The notes under the pieces: model-generated
Told to the model about the DNA's origin: nothing
The model's input: only the letters and a program-made list of their open reading frames with translations
Database searches by the model: none
Made by a program: the position numbers and the translations under genes
Assembly (NCBI GenBank): GCA_964016885.1
Contig: OZ024740.1
Location: 74,834,001-74,898,000, forward strand
Length of the DNA: 64,000 bases
Reading direction: 5' to 3'
Origin: Eledone cirrhosa
Lineage: Eukaryota
In this document: piece after piece, positions 25,643-42,334 of the stretch
Numbering within the stretch: position 1 is the stretch's first letter
Layout: every line of letters starts with the position of its first letter

Positions 25643-26117
25643 GGCATACGTCAAAACGGCCGGTCTCAAAAGTGAAACTAATTTTTGACAGTTACGTACA
25701 CGTTATAAGAGTTATTTAAATTTATATATATAAAATAAAGGAGCAAATAAGAGCGTGATATGAAGTCAGTCATGTGTGTGTGTGTGTATATATGTGTGTG
25801 TGTGTGTAAACGAATGTAAAAGAATATATGTAGGGCATAGATAAGGTTTCCTAGAATTTTACACACACACACATATATACACACACACACGTGTATATAT
25901 TATAGTGTGTATGTGTGCATATATAAGTGTATATGTGTGTGTACTTTTACATTTGTTTACACACACACACATATATACACACACACATGAGTGACTTCAT
26001 ATCATGCGCTTATTTGCTCCTTTATTTTATATATATAAATTTAAATAACTCTTATAACGTGTACGTAACTGTCAAAAATTAGTTTCACTTTTGAGACCGG
26101 CCGTTTTGACGTATGCC
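25643..26117. mobile_element. MITE with long TIRs (~170 bp) and 9-bp TSD (Mutator- or Merlin-like)
   Basis: GGCATACGTCAAAACGGCCGG ... CCGGCCGTTTTGACGTATGCC; TSD gctattacc at 25634-42 and 26118-26. Confidence 0.9.
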
Positions 26118-26136
26118 GCTATTACCAATGTTCTTA

Positions 26137-26164
26137 CCCGTGCAACGCCGGGACACACTGCTAG
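26137..26164 (+). mobile_element. Helitron 3' terminus (element interrupted by the MITE)
   Basis: cccgtgcaacgccggg hairpin, 8-nt spacer, CTAG then T. Confidence 0.75.
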
Positions 26165-26449
26165 TGTGTTATAAATCCAGACATTATTCTTTCCGTGCTC
26201 CTCAACAGATTTCTATTTCTCTTGTTAGTGCCGAGTTAATTTTTAACCGTTCGTGTTCTTCAAAGAGTTGTTGTTGCTCTTTATACCAGAGGCATGGGGA
26301 TGTAGAATTTTTTATATACTACACCTGTTTTACTTGGGTTTATTTTGTTGTTTCTGGTATTATTTTAGTGTTTCATTTGTTGCGCAAAGTGTGTGTTGTT
26401 TGAGTTGTGTTATTTTATTAGGTTGTTTGTATCTTGTGTGTGTTTTATG

Positions 26450-26760
26450 ATTAATGTTACGTGTTTTATTGTTGAATAGTAGTTGTGTAAAATACGTGCA
26501 GTGTAGCTTGTCTTTATATTACCGAGTGGCAATTTCGGAGCATGTGATACGTTGGTATAATGGTATTGGTGATCGATTACGTAATAGCACGTGGTATGTT
26601 ATTTCATTGGTTTAGAATTGTATAAAGTATGCGTTATGTTATATTAATTAATGGTAATTTTGTAGAGTATGTATAAAGGATGTATTTTTGGAGAGAGTGT
26701 ACTATTAATGTTTTGCTATTGAATTGAAAATGCTTCGAATAAGATGTGGTCTGTGCCTCG
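26450..26760 (+). pseudogene. Highly decayed Naiad-type GIY-YIG remnant
   Basis: AISEHVIRW and CRVCIKDVF resemble the T.LSE..W and CxLCxxE motifs; an HHR lies about 1.25 kb downstream. Confidence 0.4.
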
Positions 26761-28010
26761 CAGGGCTAAGGTTTTGGACAGAGAGTAAAGGTGTGTGCCC
26801 TAGTATGTTTTTCATGTTTTGTTTATATCTTTTCTATATCATATCTCATGTTACAATTATTATTATATCCTACATCATGTATATTTTATATTAACGATCT
26901 TTGTACTTTCACATTTTATCTACCTCCTTCCTCTGATGTGTTGGTCAGAAGGATCAGAGCATAAACATTTTCTTCCAAGTAGTTGATACTTATACCTGGA
27001 CGATTGTTTTGTTCTCTCTTTTCAGTCAAGACACGTACGCCTCAAAAGATTGGTACATGCTTAGTCTTTTGTCTTTTTAGACGTCTTCTTTGAATGTCTT
27101 CTTATCTAATTCTTCTTTTTCACTTTTGTTAGTTTCAGTTTGTACTTCATTGTTTCCTTATACATAGAGAGAAATGCTTTTTGGTTTTCTTCGGATATTT
27201 ACTTATTATACTCATCAGTTTCCCTTTGAATACTTCGAAGTATTTTTCTAGCCCTACTGATGTGACGATGCAATAGTTCTACATTTGTAGCTAAACTTAC
27301 TTTTTTTTTTACATACAACGTAGATAAACAAAACGTTGTTAGTAGTTTCCTAGTTTCTCACTCTAAGCTCTTTCACCCACTTAACAACCAGTTTATTATT
27401 ACATTTAAGCTGTAGTTTTGGGGATGGCTAATGTATTTATACTTATTATCTTATTCCTTCTTGCTTTGTTGTTTCATCAGCTTTTAGGGTGTGTTCGATT
27501 ACATTGTCTCCTGTATTTATTTTACTGACTCCATTACTTATTTTATCTATTTAGGAAGGAGGAAAGATTAAGTAGGTCTGGGTGGCATTTGAACTAGAAA
27601 CTAAAGGGATGTAATCACGTAATCCTGTTATAAGTTCTCACATATGGAACCAATTTTATGTCAAACACAAAGTAGAACCTAATGTAAGGTAGAAGTGTTA
27701 AGGGCTGTTATTTTGTAATGAGCGACAAAAAAGCTGTAAACGTGTAAAGGTAATTTCTTATATACTTCGGAGAGAATAACAAAATAGTGCTTAAATCAAT
27801 TTTCACAGCGAGGATTATAATCTAAAACAATTGGAATTTTAGTTTCTTTCAATTTATCTTGATTTTCTAATATTGCTATGTTGTATATAAATATTCATGT
27901 TTAATTAATTACGTTGCCAAACGAATATAACTTATGCAAATTTCATTTTGTGTTCGACATAAATATTGACTGATATATGTTCTCACTGTAGATGGCAGTG
28001 TAACTGTAGC

Positions 28011-28055
28011 TGTCTTCTGATAAAATGTCAAAAAAGTGTGAAACGTATCAAGGCA
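28011..28055 (+). ncRNA. Degenerate minimal HHR
   Basis: tgtctt CTGATAA ... GAAA cgta TC aaggca: 6-bp stem I; core G>A substitution and weak stem II. Confidence 0.55.
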
Positions 28056-28169
28056 ATCTCAAATAATTTTCTGTGTACGATGAGAATAAAAAGTATTCTT
28101 TATAGTAATTCAATTTCTCAGTGAGGTTTACTTTTAAAAACAATTCTGTTATTATATCTACATTGAATT

Positions 28170-28226
<57 letters not shown>

Positions 28227-28377
28227 ACAGGTATCTGGTCTTTAAGGGGAAGAAATACCTATGATGGCTAGTAGATCACTGATGATGGATAGTCCTGGTT
28301 TCTATTTCTAATTCTTCATTTTAATTTGTATATCACATTTGCAACAACACAGCACGCCATTTTTCATTCCTATATAA

Positions 28378-28425
<48 letters not shown>

Positions 28426-28432
28426 GTTTGTA

Positions 28433-28516
<84 letters not shown>

Positions 28517-29311
28517 CATATACAAACATATACATATATATATATATATATGTATGTATGCAATTAAACACACATGCACATACGCACACACATATATATG
28601 TATGTATAAAATATTTATATCTGTGTATGTGTACATTCATACACACACACACACACACATACATACATACATATTTACACACATATATACTGCTATAGAA
28701 ATCTATGGACGTATATAAAGCCAACAAGGCAACATTCCTGGAAAAGCGACGTTTAAATTTTTAAGTGGCCAATAATCAGTGGAGCAATAAAAGTCCCCTT
28801 TCTCCTTTACTTGAAGAAATCTTTAAGTAGTTACTTGAAATTAAAGACTTCCGCACGTACTGGAATACGTATATAACTTTATATATTTTATTTAACTAGT
28901 TTTATGGTGTTATGTTGGTTACGTCATAGTATTTCATAGCTACATGTAACATTTATAACAACAATATATAACATATATAACAATTTTCAACTTTTATTCC
29001 CCCTCTAATATATATACATACATATATATACATATATACATGCATAAATTCGTACATACATACTTACATACAAACATACATACATACATTCATACAGACA
29101 TTCACATATTCATACATACATACATAATTCATACATATGTTCATACATATGTGCATACATATATGCTTACACACACACACACACATAGCTATTTAAAAGA
29201 CCGTATCGAATAAGAATTAAAAAATGGGTGGCGTTGGAGTACAATACAAATACACAAAAAAACGGAAGAAACGGACTGACTCTTCTCTTCAGTCAACCTC
29301 TGGAAATCCTT

Positions 29312-31347
<2,036 letters not shown>

Positions 31348-31348
31348 A

Positions 31349-31440
<92 letters not shown>

Positions 31441-31469
31441 ATATTTATATATATATATATACATATATA

Positions 31470-31564
<95 letters not shown>

Positions 31565-31804
31565 TATGGAAATCTACCCTTCGTATTTTGTCATTACTGT
31601 ATGTAAACTCCACCCTGTACATCACGATGACTATCATAAACATCCTATAATAACAAGTATATATAGAGCCGGATTGATACGAATGGTAATTTGCATGTGC
31701 TTCGTATATGTATATATTCATTGTCTATGTAAAATGCTGACTACTTGCTATTGCTTCTAAAACAAATTTTATTCTAATTATATAATAAAAATTCATAATA
31801 ACAT

Positions 31805-32125
31805 TTGGTGAAGATGAAATCTGACCCCAGATGTTAAAAGCCTTAAATAGAGAAGGCATTCATAAGCTGACTTGTGTGTGCCGGGTGCCCTAGATCTCTG
31901 GAAAGGCACCTAAGCAATGGCAATCGGGAGTGGTAATTCCAATTTTCAAAAAGGGAGACAAGAAAGATTGTCCCAACTACAGAGTGATCTTCTTCTTAAG
32001 TTGCCCCGGTAAAGTTTATGCTTAGTATCTGGAAAAGAAATTCAGGAAAATTGTCGATGATGAACAGTACAGTTTTTAGCACCGGACACAGCACAGCCGA
32101 CCAAATATTCATACTAGGGCATTCA
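31805..32125 (+). pseudogene. Fragment of a second RTE family (pre-RT region)
   Basis: GEDEI*PQMLKAL...WQSGVVIPIFKKGDKKDCPNYR..GKVYA. Confidence 0.8.
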
Positions 32126-32344
32126 TACAGAGACTTTAGGGCAACAAAAAAGCTATCCATCGATCCCATACGCCTGCATAACCTTCCATAAAAGTTCCCG
32201 TGGAACGCGATCTTATGCCTTTCGGGGGTCTACAATTTCTCACAGACATGCCGCAGTATAAATATTTAGTCGGCGAAAACCACACTGCTCGTTAGCTAGC
32301 GTGGACTCGAAAATCTTCCTACATTTATTTGCCAGACTTTACTA

Positions 32345-32690
32345 TGGAGGTTTAACAAGGACATCCATTTATAATTGGGACAATCTCTCTTGTCTCCCTT
32401 TTTGAAAATTGGGATTATCACACTCGATTGCCATTACCCCAGAGATCCAAGTTACCCGGCTCACACGAGTCAGCCGGAGAATGCCTTCTCTATTTAAGGC
32501 TGAATGTCATCCTCCCCAACGGCCTTGCCACATCTGAACTCTTTAATTGCTCTTGTGATCTCAGGCTGCGAGACGTGAGTCATCGCTCCCAGATGCACCC
32601 CATGTACATCAGCAGATGCTTTTGTGACAGGGTTTAGGGAATAAATAAAGTATTCCCTCCACTTCGCGAGGATGCACCTCTCTGAAGAGA
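32345..32690 (-). pseudogene. Oppositely oriented fragment of the same RTE family
   Basis: ILAKWREYF..LNP..EITRAIKEFRCGKAVGEDDIQP; W..SVIIPIFKKG. Confidence 0.75.
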
Positions 32691-33779
32691 AGAGAATCCT
32701 AGACACATTCCTGATGGAGGAGGACTTATTATTATGAAGTAGGCTTCTCCCACCTCCCTCGTAGTTTATCGCTGTTGGTCCAGGGCTGTTTATTCGTCCG
32801 ACAGGACCCCGCGTATATCGCAACTAACCATCATATCTTTTGACCATATCGCTATCCGCCACATGCGACCCGTTTTCAAACAGAACAGCTCTGCCGAGAA
32901 TCCACACACACACACACACACACGCGCGCGCGCACACACACACCACACAGACATATTTATATATATATAGGGTAGCCCCCCCCCCCCCCCCCCCCCAATG
33001 TAGACCCACTTTGATTAGTATGCTGTTGAAGTATGTATACATTTTTTTGCAACACGCTATATATATATACACATACACACACACACACATATATAAATAC
33101 ACACATATATATGTGTCTATGTGTGTGCGGATGGATGTAGGTGTGCGTATATACACACGTACATATATACAAAATGCACATATCCACTTGCACATACACA
33201 CGCATGCATACATTTCATTTGGTTTCAGTGCAAACGGTATTTGTAAATATTACTATAGACTTAGTATTGTGTTACTTTTGAATGTTTACTGATTAGAGAT
33301 GTAAACTGTGGAGTTGTTGGGTGTAACCATGATGTTGGGTGTAACAAATAGTTCTGTTTTTATATAGACACATATATGACCATTTTGAGAGTAGGAATGG
33401 AATAGCCGATTACATCAACCCCTGCCTCCTCTATTATTACTTGATAGAGACCTTTTATTAACTACCACGAAAAGAAAGAATAGTGGAAAAGAAAATTCAA
33501 CCCTAGTATTTGAACACAGAATTTAAAGGAATGAAACTATATTGTACAAGTCATTATTATGTCTGTCACCAGGGTGGTAGATGGCGCCACTCGATTAAGT
33601 TAATTATTTAACCCATAAATGGGGCCCTAACAGAGCCAGAGCAGACATGGGAGTGATGACAACTAAGAGGTAACTCCACATTCCCCACAGCCCCTGAACT
33701 CCCGAACTGGAGCTTTGCCACTGGATGCAGTTCAATGTCATGCCCAGGATTAAGAACTAAGCTTTATGAGGTAAATTCT

Positions 33780-34140
33780 TCCTACTAATGGGATCCAGTC
33801 CATAACACATTCTGACAGCCGGAGGCTCGTGCATATCCCCACTTCCGCCGGTGCAGTCATTTATGGCACTATACCTGAATAGTGGAGTTTTCATCCTCCA
33901 TCCAAATCTGCCGTATTAGAGTCACGGAACTTTGTTGAAGAAACTCCGACTATATCTAGTCGGTAGCATCTAGCCTCCTCCACTAATTCCTGCTCCTTAC
34001 CTATAAGGGTTGTAATGTTCCAGGTTCCAATTGTCAAGGTTTGCTCCCTTCCGAACTCTCTTTGGAGTTTCGGGATACGCAATCTTTGTGCGTCCATCCC
34101 ACACCTCCCAGGACAGCTCGCAGGCCCATCGCAGGTGGGG
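33780..34140 (-). pseudogene. RTE APE-endonuclease N-terminal fragment
   Basis: TIGTWNITTLIGKEQELVEEARCYRLDIVGVSSTK. Confidence 0.8.
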
Positions 34141-34402
34141 CGTTATATATATGTTATGAAGAAACAGAGACACTGTAATGTTCTGAGTTCAAATTCTGTG
34201 GTATCCTACTTTGGTGGTAGAGTTAACTGGCAGTCAATTTTACAGCGCCACCTGGCCATAGGCGTCTTTAGCGAACATTGGCGTCTTTAGCAAACATTGA
34301 AACCAGTTTTCCGGTTTGAGGATACATTTTACCCTTCCTCCTACCCTCACACCAATTTCGGAGTCCCTGAAAAGGGGCATGTTCGCTTCCCTCCCTGACT
34401 AC

Positions 34403-34501
<99 letters not shown>

Positions 34502-35284
34502 ACGTGCATGCACAAACATCTACATACACACACATACACACATATATACATAGACACATGGACACATCAGTGGAAAACAATGTTCTCCGTGGTCTTTCCA
34601 TTGCTGATATATTTGCTGGTCGCAGAAAAAAGTGGGATTCGAACTCAGAGCGTACAAAGCCGGATCAGACCTCGTCCGACTCTTTAACAACTCTGATAAT
34701 TCGCCTGTTCTTTGCTGGTTCTTAATTTATCGACCCCGAAACGATGAACGAATATCAAAGTTGACCACTGCGAGATTTGAACTCAAATATACCGAAGTAT
34801 TTAAACCGACGCTCAACCCTCTCTGCCATTTCACAGTCTAAACAGCAAAAACAAACAAACAAACAAACTGCTGCTCATATAACCCAATGTATTTTATTAA
34901 TATGACGTTTTGATATTACTATTCTATCTATATGATCTTACAAAAATTTTAGATCGCTTTCTATCCTTTTCTGAATGTGTCACTGTGACATCGAGCACAA
35001 CTCATAGCATTCCTTCTCCCCATTTTAATACGAGTATAAAAAGATTAACAGCAAAACTCGAGAACCACAACAAAAATAAAAAAATAAAATCTAACAATGT
35101 CACTTACAAATAACAACGTCAACCAGAAACAAAATGAGATTTTTGACAAAAAAACAACAAAAAAACAAAACAAAAAAAAACATATTAAAAATCAAAGTTA
35201 TGAATGTAGATTTAGAAATACCATTTTTTTTTAAATTTTTCAAGTTGTGCCACAGCTTTCATTTTTTTGTTTCAAGGTTATGGT

Positions 35285-36610
35285 TACGGCAGTGAATTGG
35301 CAGAATTGTTTGAGCACCGGACAAAATGTTTTGCGGTATTTGTTGCAGTTCTTTATATTCTGTTTTCAAATCCCACCGAGATCAACTTTGCTTTCATTTT
35401 TCTGGGTTTGATAAAATAAAGTGCAAATTAACTACTGAAGTCGATTCAATTTTTTTCCTTTCACTAAAATTGCTGGCATTAGTCTAAATTGGAACCAATA
35501 ATTACTTTTATAGTTTACAAGAAGGTGGTAGACTGACATAATCGTCAGAGCGCCGGACAAAATGTGTTGCAGTATTTATATCAGTACCTTACATTCTGGT
35601 TTAAAATCCATCACCTTAAACTGGTAATTATTTTAACGAACCTGGAAAAAAGACCGGCAAAGTAGATTTCGAAGAGATTTTAACTCGCAGAGCCAGAACA
35701 AATAGCGGCAGGCATTTTGTTATACGCTCTAACAATTCTGTTAATTCACAGTCAACATCTGCCGGAAAAACGTGGGTAAGAAGGGATTTCCAGTCGGTTG
35801 ACATTGTGGGAAAAAGGATTGAGTGTAGTGGTTAGTGTAGAGCGGGGTGGAGGGGGTACAATGGGGGTAAGGAGAACAGGAAGAATGGGATTGGGGTCGG
35901 TGTTTAACCCCAAGTCAATTTCAATCGCAAAGACCTACAATCATAGTGTTACAGCCGTGATGTTTATACGTTTAGGTAAGTGAGGCCCTTAATTGATGAC
36001 TATACTTCTTTGTTTAAAACGGTAGGGAGTGGTTTGAGGGAGATTTAGCAGTTGTTTCTCACAAAAGGAGCGACCTAGTATGGGTACCCACGTTAGCTCG
36101 GGGATCAGTTTCTCGGATGGTCCCGAAGTGACGCGATAAGTAAATATGAATATCAGAGGACTAGTGTCCAATATAGTAGCGATAGACAGAGTTTGGAATA
36201 TGTTGGTAAGGGTGTCTTTGTCAATAGGACAGTCAATATTATTTTGGATGCAGTCGAAGATGTTTGTGTATGAATCTCAAGCACAAATGTAGATATGGAG
36301 ACACTATAACTACATAGGAGAGATTTTTCCTCTTTTCTTAAAGAGAATGAGATAACCCCCCTCCCCGATCATCCCTAAAGCCAATTGTAACTATTGTGAG
36401 CCAATAGTGAACTACTGTGGTAGATTTGATATTTCTCTAAGGTATATGAAAGTGATATTACGTTTTGTATAGGCGAACTGGCAGAATCGTTACAGCATTG
36501 GAAAACTTACCCTCAGGTATTTATTCTGACATTTTGCGGTCTGAGTTCAAATTCCGCTAAGGTCAACTTTGCTTTTCATTCTTCCTGGCTGATAAATGAA
36601 GTACCAGGCT
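35285..36610. mobile_element. Old SINE copies (about 35285-35500 +, 35520-35745 mixed orientation, 36470-36610 +)
   Basis: Diverged tggcagaat...gttcaaat...ctttcat...gataaa family motifs. Confidence 0.6.
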
Positions 36611-37629
36611 AAACTTGCGGTATTTGTTACAGCTCTTTGTGTTTTCAGTTTAGATCCGGCTGTGGTCTATTTGGGAAGTAGATTTAATCCATTACTACTT
36701 AGCTCTTGCGTACTTTTAGCGGAACCAAAATATGTTGTAAGCATTCTGAGCAGGCTTGAAGATACTTTCCTTTTTCCCTTTCACCAGTTTCGGAGGCTCT
36801 AAAAAGTATAGGGTCATGAGTACTGACCCGCCTCCCCCCATTTCTGATAAAATAAGTAGAATACTCATTTCATTGACTGTACCGTAGTAATGGGAAAATA
36901 AATAATCACAGAAAAGTTGTTATTGTTGTTTAGTTTAATCTCAGACATAGGGTGAAAGACATTCAAGCCATGACCAGTTTATCTTTTTCATTTGTCCAGG
37001 AAACCCAGGACTACGTTATCCAACGTGTCTTTTTCTAAGGTGGTAGGAGGCAGGGTGAGGTTTGAGACAGATTTAGCTGCTATTTCTAGCTGGTTGAAAC
37101 TTCCTCGTTATTTCGATATTACAGAAGATTAAATTGCTGGAACGAAAACCTGTTTAAAATTGTTCAAGGTTATGACTGAAAGGAAAGGAGTTGATCGTCA
37201 CATAGGACCTGGTCTTTTCAATGATGTTACTCACTACCGGTCACAATTACTTGGATTTGAACTCAGATGCCGCAAAACGTCCTGTTCTACCAATGAACCA
37301 CCCTGGGCTAGTGCTTTATTTATCGATCCAAAAATGTTGAAAGAAAAATTATACTGCGACGGGGGATTGAACTCAGAGAGCCTGAATAAATACGAAGGAA
37401 TTTAATTCGGAGCACAAACGAGTCTGCCAATCGTCGCCCCTGATAAGGTCAATAAAATATCAATCAGGAAGGTGGTGATGAATGGAATGACCTACGAAAA
37501 AATTTTCGGTGAATTGTAATTTGCTTTTAAGTTGGAAAAATGTAAATGGATCTTCTGTGGGTTTCGACAATGATTATTCAGTTGTCCTATCATCTGAACT
37601 ACCTGTTCATAGAGTTTGCGTGTAAGTAG

Positions 37630-37960
37630 ATCTTTTCGAAGGTGGTACATCTTTCATCTGGGACGCGACATGCTGTGATACATACTCCATTTTCAACTTA
37701 GTCGCCTCGGTCACAAAACCCTGGTACCTCGGCCCACAATGCAGAAGACAGGAAGACAAGCAAATGCCAGGGCTTGTCCAGCTTCTTTGCACCGGTCGCC
37801 GTCGAGACATAATGCGTCCTCTGACCCCGGACAGCTGCGGAAGGAGCCTTGCGAAGTGGGGTGGCTGTTGCAGCAGGTGTCGCTGGCTATTGTTCACGGA
37901 AATACCGTTGCTATTTTGACCGCGGGGCGCAGCCGAAACACTGCTCTGATCTAAGTGTAG
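37630..37960 (+). pseudogene. 3' fragment of a CRE-like non-LTR retrotransposon (restriction-like endonuclease)
   Basis: FIWDATCCDTY, PVAVET, WLLQQVSLAIVHGN resemble the WD.T..DT / P..ET.G / QR.S.A.QRGN motifs. Confidence 0.65.
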
Positions 37961-38753
37961 ATTTTATCACCCTCTCCCATTCCCCTTTCTTCCTTTGATA
38001 GTCCTTGCTCTTCCCCTCCTTTTCCTCTCATTTATGGCATTTATAGTCCTTTCCAATGGTGCTTTCTTTTTCTCTATGTTTGACCAATTTAAAGTAATCT
38101 ATATAAATAAATATACTCAATAACCATAAAAAAGTGGCTGAGTATTCCACGGATCCTTATACCTTTAACGTAAACTCCAAATAGATTTAGCGTTATAGAG
38201 TGTATAACAAGGCTGGTCTTTTAAATTATAATCCATTCGACAGGCTTTTACACAGATTCTGACTAGCCGATTTCACTCACAAGTCTCGGGCTAATTTGAG
38301 GCTATGGCAATAGACACTTGCTCAAGAGGCCACGCAGAGTACTCTCGGGTCTCGAATAATCGTCCTGCCACTGCTTATTAAATTTTGCTAATCTATCTTC
38401 GACGAAATTTCATTTTAAGTTGTAGCATCCCTACCACAATTAATTTTCTTTAGACATTAAAAACATTATGCACGACAAAAAAAAAAAATACATTACAAAA
38501 CTTCTACATTACTAGAAATCCCATATGTTATAACATAGGATGGGTTGGTGTCTCAATATGTAAACTAAACGACTAACTGTTTTTTTTTTATTAAATCAAC
38601 GGGGACAACCTAGAAAAATTACCGATTTTCCAACCCCCACCGCATATTCCAACGCCCCCTATTATTTGGGACCCGGAGTAGTTGATCACACCAATACCAG
38701 TATATATTTTTGTCTAGTCGCAGGATTACGGAAGATAAATGGACACACACACA

Positions 38754-38786
<33 letters not shown>

Positions 38787-38795
38787 GCACGCACG

Positions 38796-38830
<35 letters not shown>

Positions 38831-39939
38831 GCATACGTACCTATGTACGTACGTATATACATGTATACGTAATACATACATATATATACATATATGCACA
38901 AACACACACATATATGTTACGGACATCCGTACAGTATCTGTTTACTAAATCTTATTCACAAGGCATAGATCTATAAGGGCTATAGTTGAAGACACGTTCT
39001 TAAGGTGCCACGCATTATGACTAAACCCGAAACCCCATTGTTATTCTAGTCCTTATCAGCGCCATTATGGTGATCGTTGAGCCGCCGCCGTATCCACCAT
39101 CATTATCGACGTCATCATAATTATCGTCACCACCAAAAACTACTATCACCACCATCCTCCTCCTCCTCCTCCTCCTCCTCCTCCTCATCATAATCATCAT
39201 CATCATCACCAGCATCACTAGCATCATTATGCTACTCACCGTGATCAATTCTTTAAGTTGCATGAAATAACAAACAATTCAATTACAATTGTATTTATTA
39301 TATTTTCCACAAATGATTTACGGTGATGGGTGTTAAATACGAAGACAACAGCAAAAAACAACAACAAAAAAAAAAACAAAAAAAAAAAATTAATAACAAA
39401 ACAAAAAAAAAACCCAGAAAAAAACACACCCAAACATACAGCAGACATAAAATAAATAGGGAAGAAACGAAAAAAAAACAAAAAGAGAAAAGAACAAAGG
39501 AGCAAAAAGAGAAAAAGAATAAGAAGTCAACTTCAAAGTAATGATATTCCCACGAAATACTGAATGTATGGGAAATAAAAGAGGCATTAGCTATGTAACT
39601 GAGAATGTAGACTGCGACTAACTGAGAAGGTTAGCGGAAATGAAACAATAGAAACATGTCTGAAAGTTAATATTGCTGACACAATTCCAGTTATCTGAGA
39701 TGTTTAAAGCTTGTTTATTGTTGTTTTCTGTAGTTGTCTTATGTTTGTACTGGAAAACAGACGATAGACAGAAAATAGATTACTATTTTATTTTGTTTGT
39801 TGAGGATCATTTTAAATAGAAACTGGAAGTGACTAGGTTGAAGTAGAAATTGGAGAACTAAAATATTGTCATTGGAATAAGATGGATGTATCAGCTGTAG
39901 TTTTAGTTTTATATATATATATATATATATGTTTGTGTA

Positions 39940-40695
39940 AAGCTGGTGATAGGCCCAGGCCAGATGTGAAACGCCTGTGACAAATGCAGACGAGCTGTGA
40001 TGTGTAGCCCCCAGAACCCCAACCTAGCCGGTGATTGGCCCAGGCTAGATGGGAAATATAGCCCCTCCACAAGCCGGCACTACACCCAGGCCATATGTAA
40101 AACGAAAGTCGCAATGTTAAGTATAGGCCCAGAACTGCTGCGAAATATAGCCTAGTCCAAGCTGGTAATAGACTAATGTCTGATTTAAAATGTAGTCTCC
40201 CAAAGTCACAGATAGACCCACGACAGATATGAAATATCGGCTTTCAAAGCCGGTAATAGGCCTCGACCAGATGTGAAGTGTTGGCTCTCAAAGCCGGTAA
40301 TAGGCCTCGACCAGATGTGAACTGTCGGCTCTCAAAGCCGGTAATAGGCCTCGACCAGATGTGAAATGTTGGCTCTCAAAGCCGGTAATAGGCCTCGACC
40401 AGATGTGAAATGTTGGCTCTCAAAGCCGGTAATAGGCCTCGACTAGATGTGAAATGTCGGCTCTCAAAGCCGGTAATAGGCCTCGACTAGATGTGAAATG
40501 TCGGCTCTCAAAGCCGGTAATAGGCCTCGACCAGATGTGAAATGTTGGCTCTCAAAGCCGGTAATAGGCCTCGACTAGATGTGAACTGTCGGCTCTCAAA
40601 GCCGGTAATAGGTTCAGGCCAGATGTAAAATATAGGCTCCAAAAGTCGGTAATATGCCTCGACCAGGTGTGAAATATAGATTCCAAAAGCCGGTT
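39940..40695. repeat. 44-bp minisatellite, homogeneous core about 40239-40625 with decaying flanks
   Basis: Unit ggctctcaaagccggtaataggcctcgaccagatgtgaaatgtc. Confidence 0.95.
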
Positions 40696-42179
40696 AATGG
40701 TTCATGTCACATGATATGTGCCCCCCCCCCCCACACCTCGAGCTAGTAATGGAGGATGTACAAGTTACAGTTTCAACCCACATCATGCCATCTCAAAAAT
40801 GAAGTATACATTGGTAACTGGTAGATATATCAGCTGTAGATTCAGTTATCATTACTGTTGCTACACATCAGCGAACAAAGGAATTTCTACTTTATCGTCA
40901 GGCCTGAAGGAAATAGCAGCCCCAACTACCTTTAATCAACATGCTAGCATCTTAAAATAGGAAGGACGGGGGATTGGCAGAATCGGTAGAGCGATGGGCA
41001 AAGTGTCGGAGGTTATTTAGTTATACTCTTTTATGTTCTAAGTTCAAATCTTGTCGCGGTCAACTTTGTTTTTTATAGTTCTGGTGTCAATAAAATAAAG
41101 TGCCTTTATGTTTAGTTATACTTGCTACCGCGAAGAAAAGAGCCTCTACGTAACCATCCACTCTACAAGAAATAGCAGACACATTTTTCTCAAACCGCAT
41201 CATACCGCCTTTACAACGAAAGAACATGTTAGGTAATATAATTCTGACTACAAGTCAGATGATATAATCATGACTAGAACGTTGTGATCACAGGTATTCA
41301 TTTTTTTACTGTTTAGAAAGGGCTTCCGAAACTGGTGAGATGAAGAAGGGATCTTGAAACAGGAGATCTGGCCTGAATATTTACAACAGAATGGATTCAA
41401 CTATAGGTACTCAACGGTGTGAGGAAAAATTGAGCAACGGATTAGGTCTTCCACACAAGTGCTGACCTGCAACTAAACAACAATAACAACAAGTAGATCA
41501 AACTCAAATATGACTATTCATTAAATTTTTTATGATGATTACCATCTCTAATAGTAATGCTCTAAATATCAGGTGATCACATTCATTGAATCACGAGAAA
41601 CTGCATGGCTTGGCACGACAATATCATCAATGCGAAAATACCAATGAAGCTCTTAGATATGAGTATAGGTAAACTATGGTAATTTGTCCAGTTAGACATT
41701 TACATGTGCTAATCATCCGTTCCCCTTAGTCTCTCACTTTTTAGTGTAGAACAGATACACAGTTGGGTTAACGTAGGCGATTCTGATTCCTTTCTCTCCT
41801 ATTTTTAAGTCATTACGCGCGTGTCTGCTAAACTTATTCATCAACGGGGTTAAAATATATATACTACCCGTGGCATAATTGCCTGCTGATGACTCTACCC
41901 CAGTTCCATTTGTTTATGAATTTACTGTAAATGTGCAGTTATACTTTGAACCATACGCTACAGCATAGTGTAATAGAAACCGCACTGTCTAGATAAATAG
42001 GCTTATTACTGGGTATTTGTTGTTATCATCTGTCCGAACTTCACTCGTTGTCAATGCCTTCTGTTGAAAGTCCTTTCAAAATCGAATGATTAAATGACAC
42101 TCAGGGGCAACGAACACCTTTTCGGGGTTACTCAGATATGTCGACTTGTGTTGCTTTCGTGCATGCATGACTTCGATAA

Positions 42180-42315
<136 letters not shown>

Positions 42316-42334
42316 TGTATTATATTTAATTATA

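Noticed and set aside
28280-28305. Lone CTGATGA (also at about 41886; CTGAAGA at about 52961 and minus-strand about 29286)
   Set aside because: No properly placed GAAA/stem III/NTH or stem I partner
35920-36275. Possible very old PLE RT remnant on the minus strand
   Set aside because: Only vague resemblance to RT motifs; catalytic DD motif not found
39940-40695. CRISPR-like appearance of the 44-bp and 36-bp arrays
   Set aside because: Contiguous tandem units with no unique spacers, no cas genes, eukaryotic context
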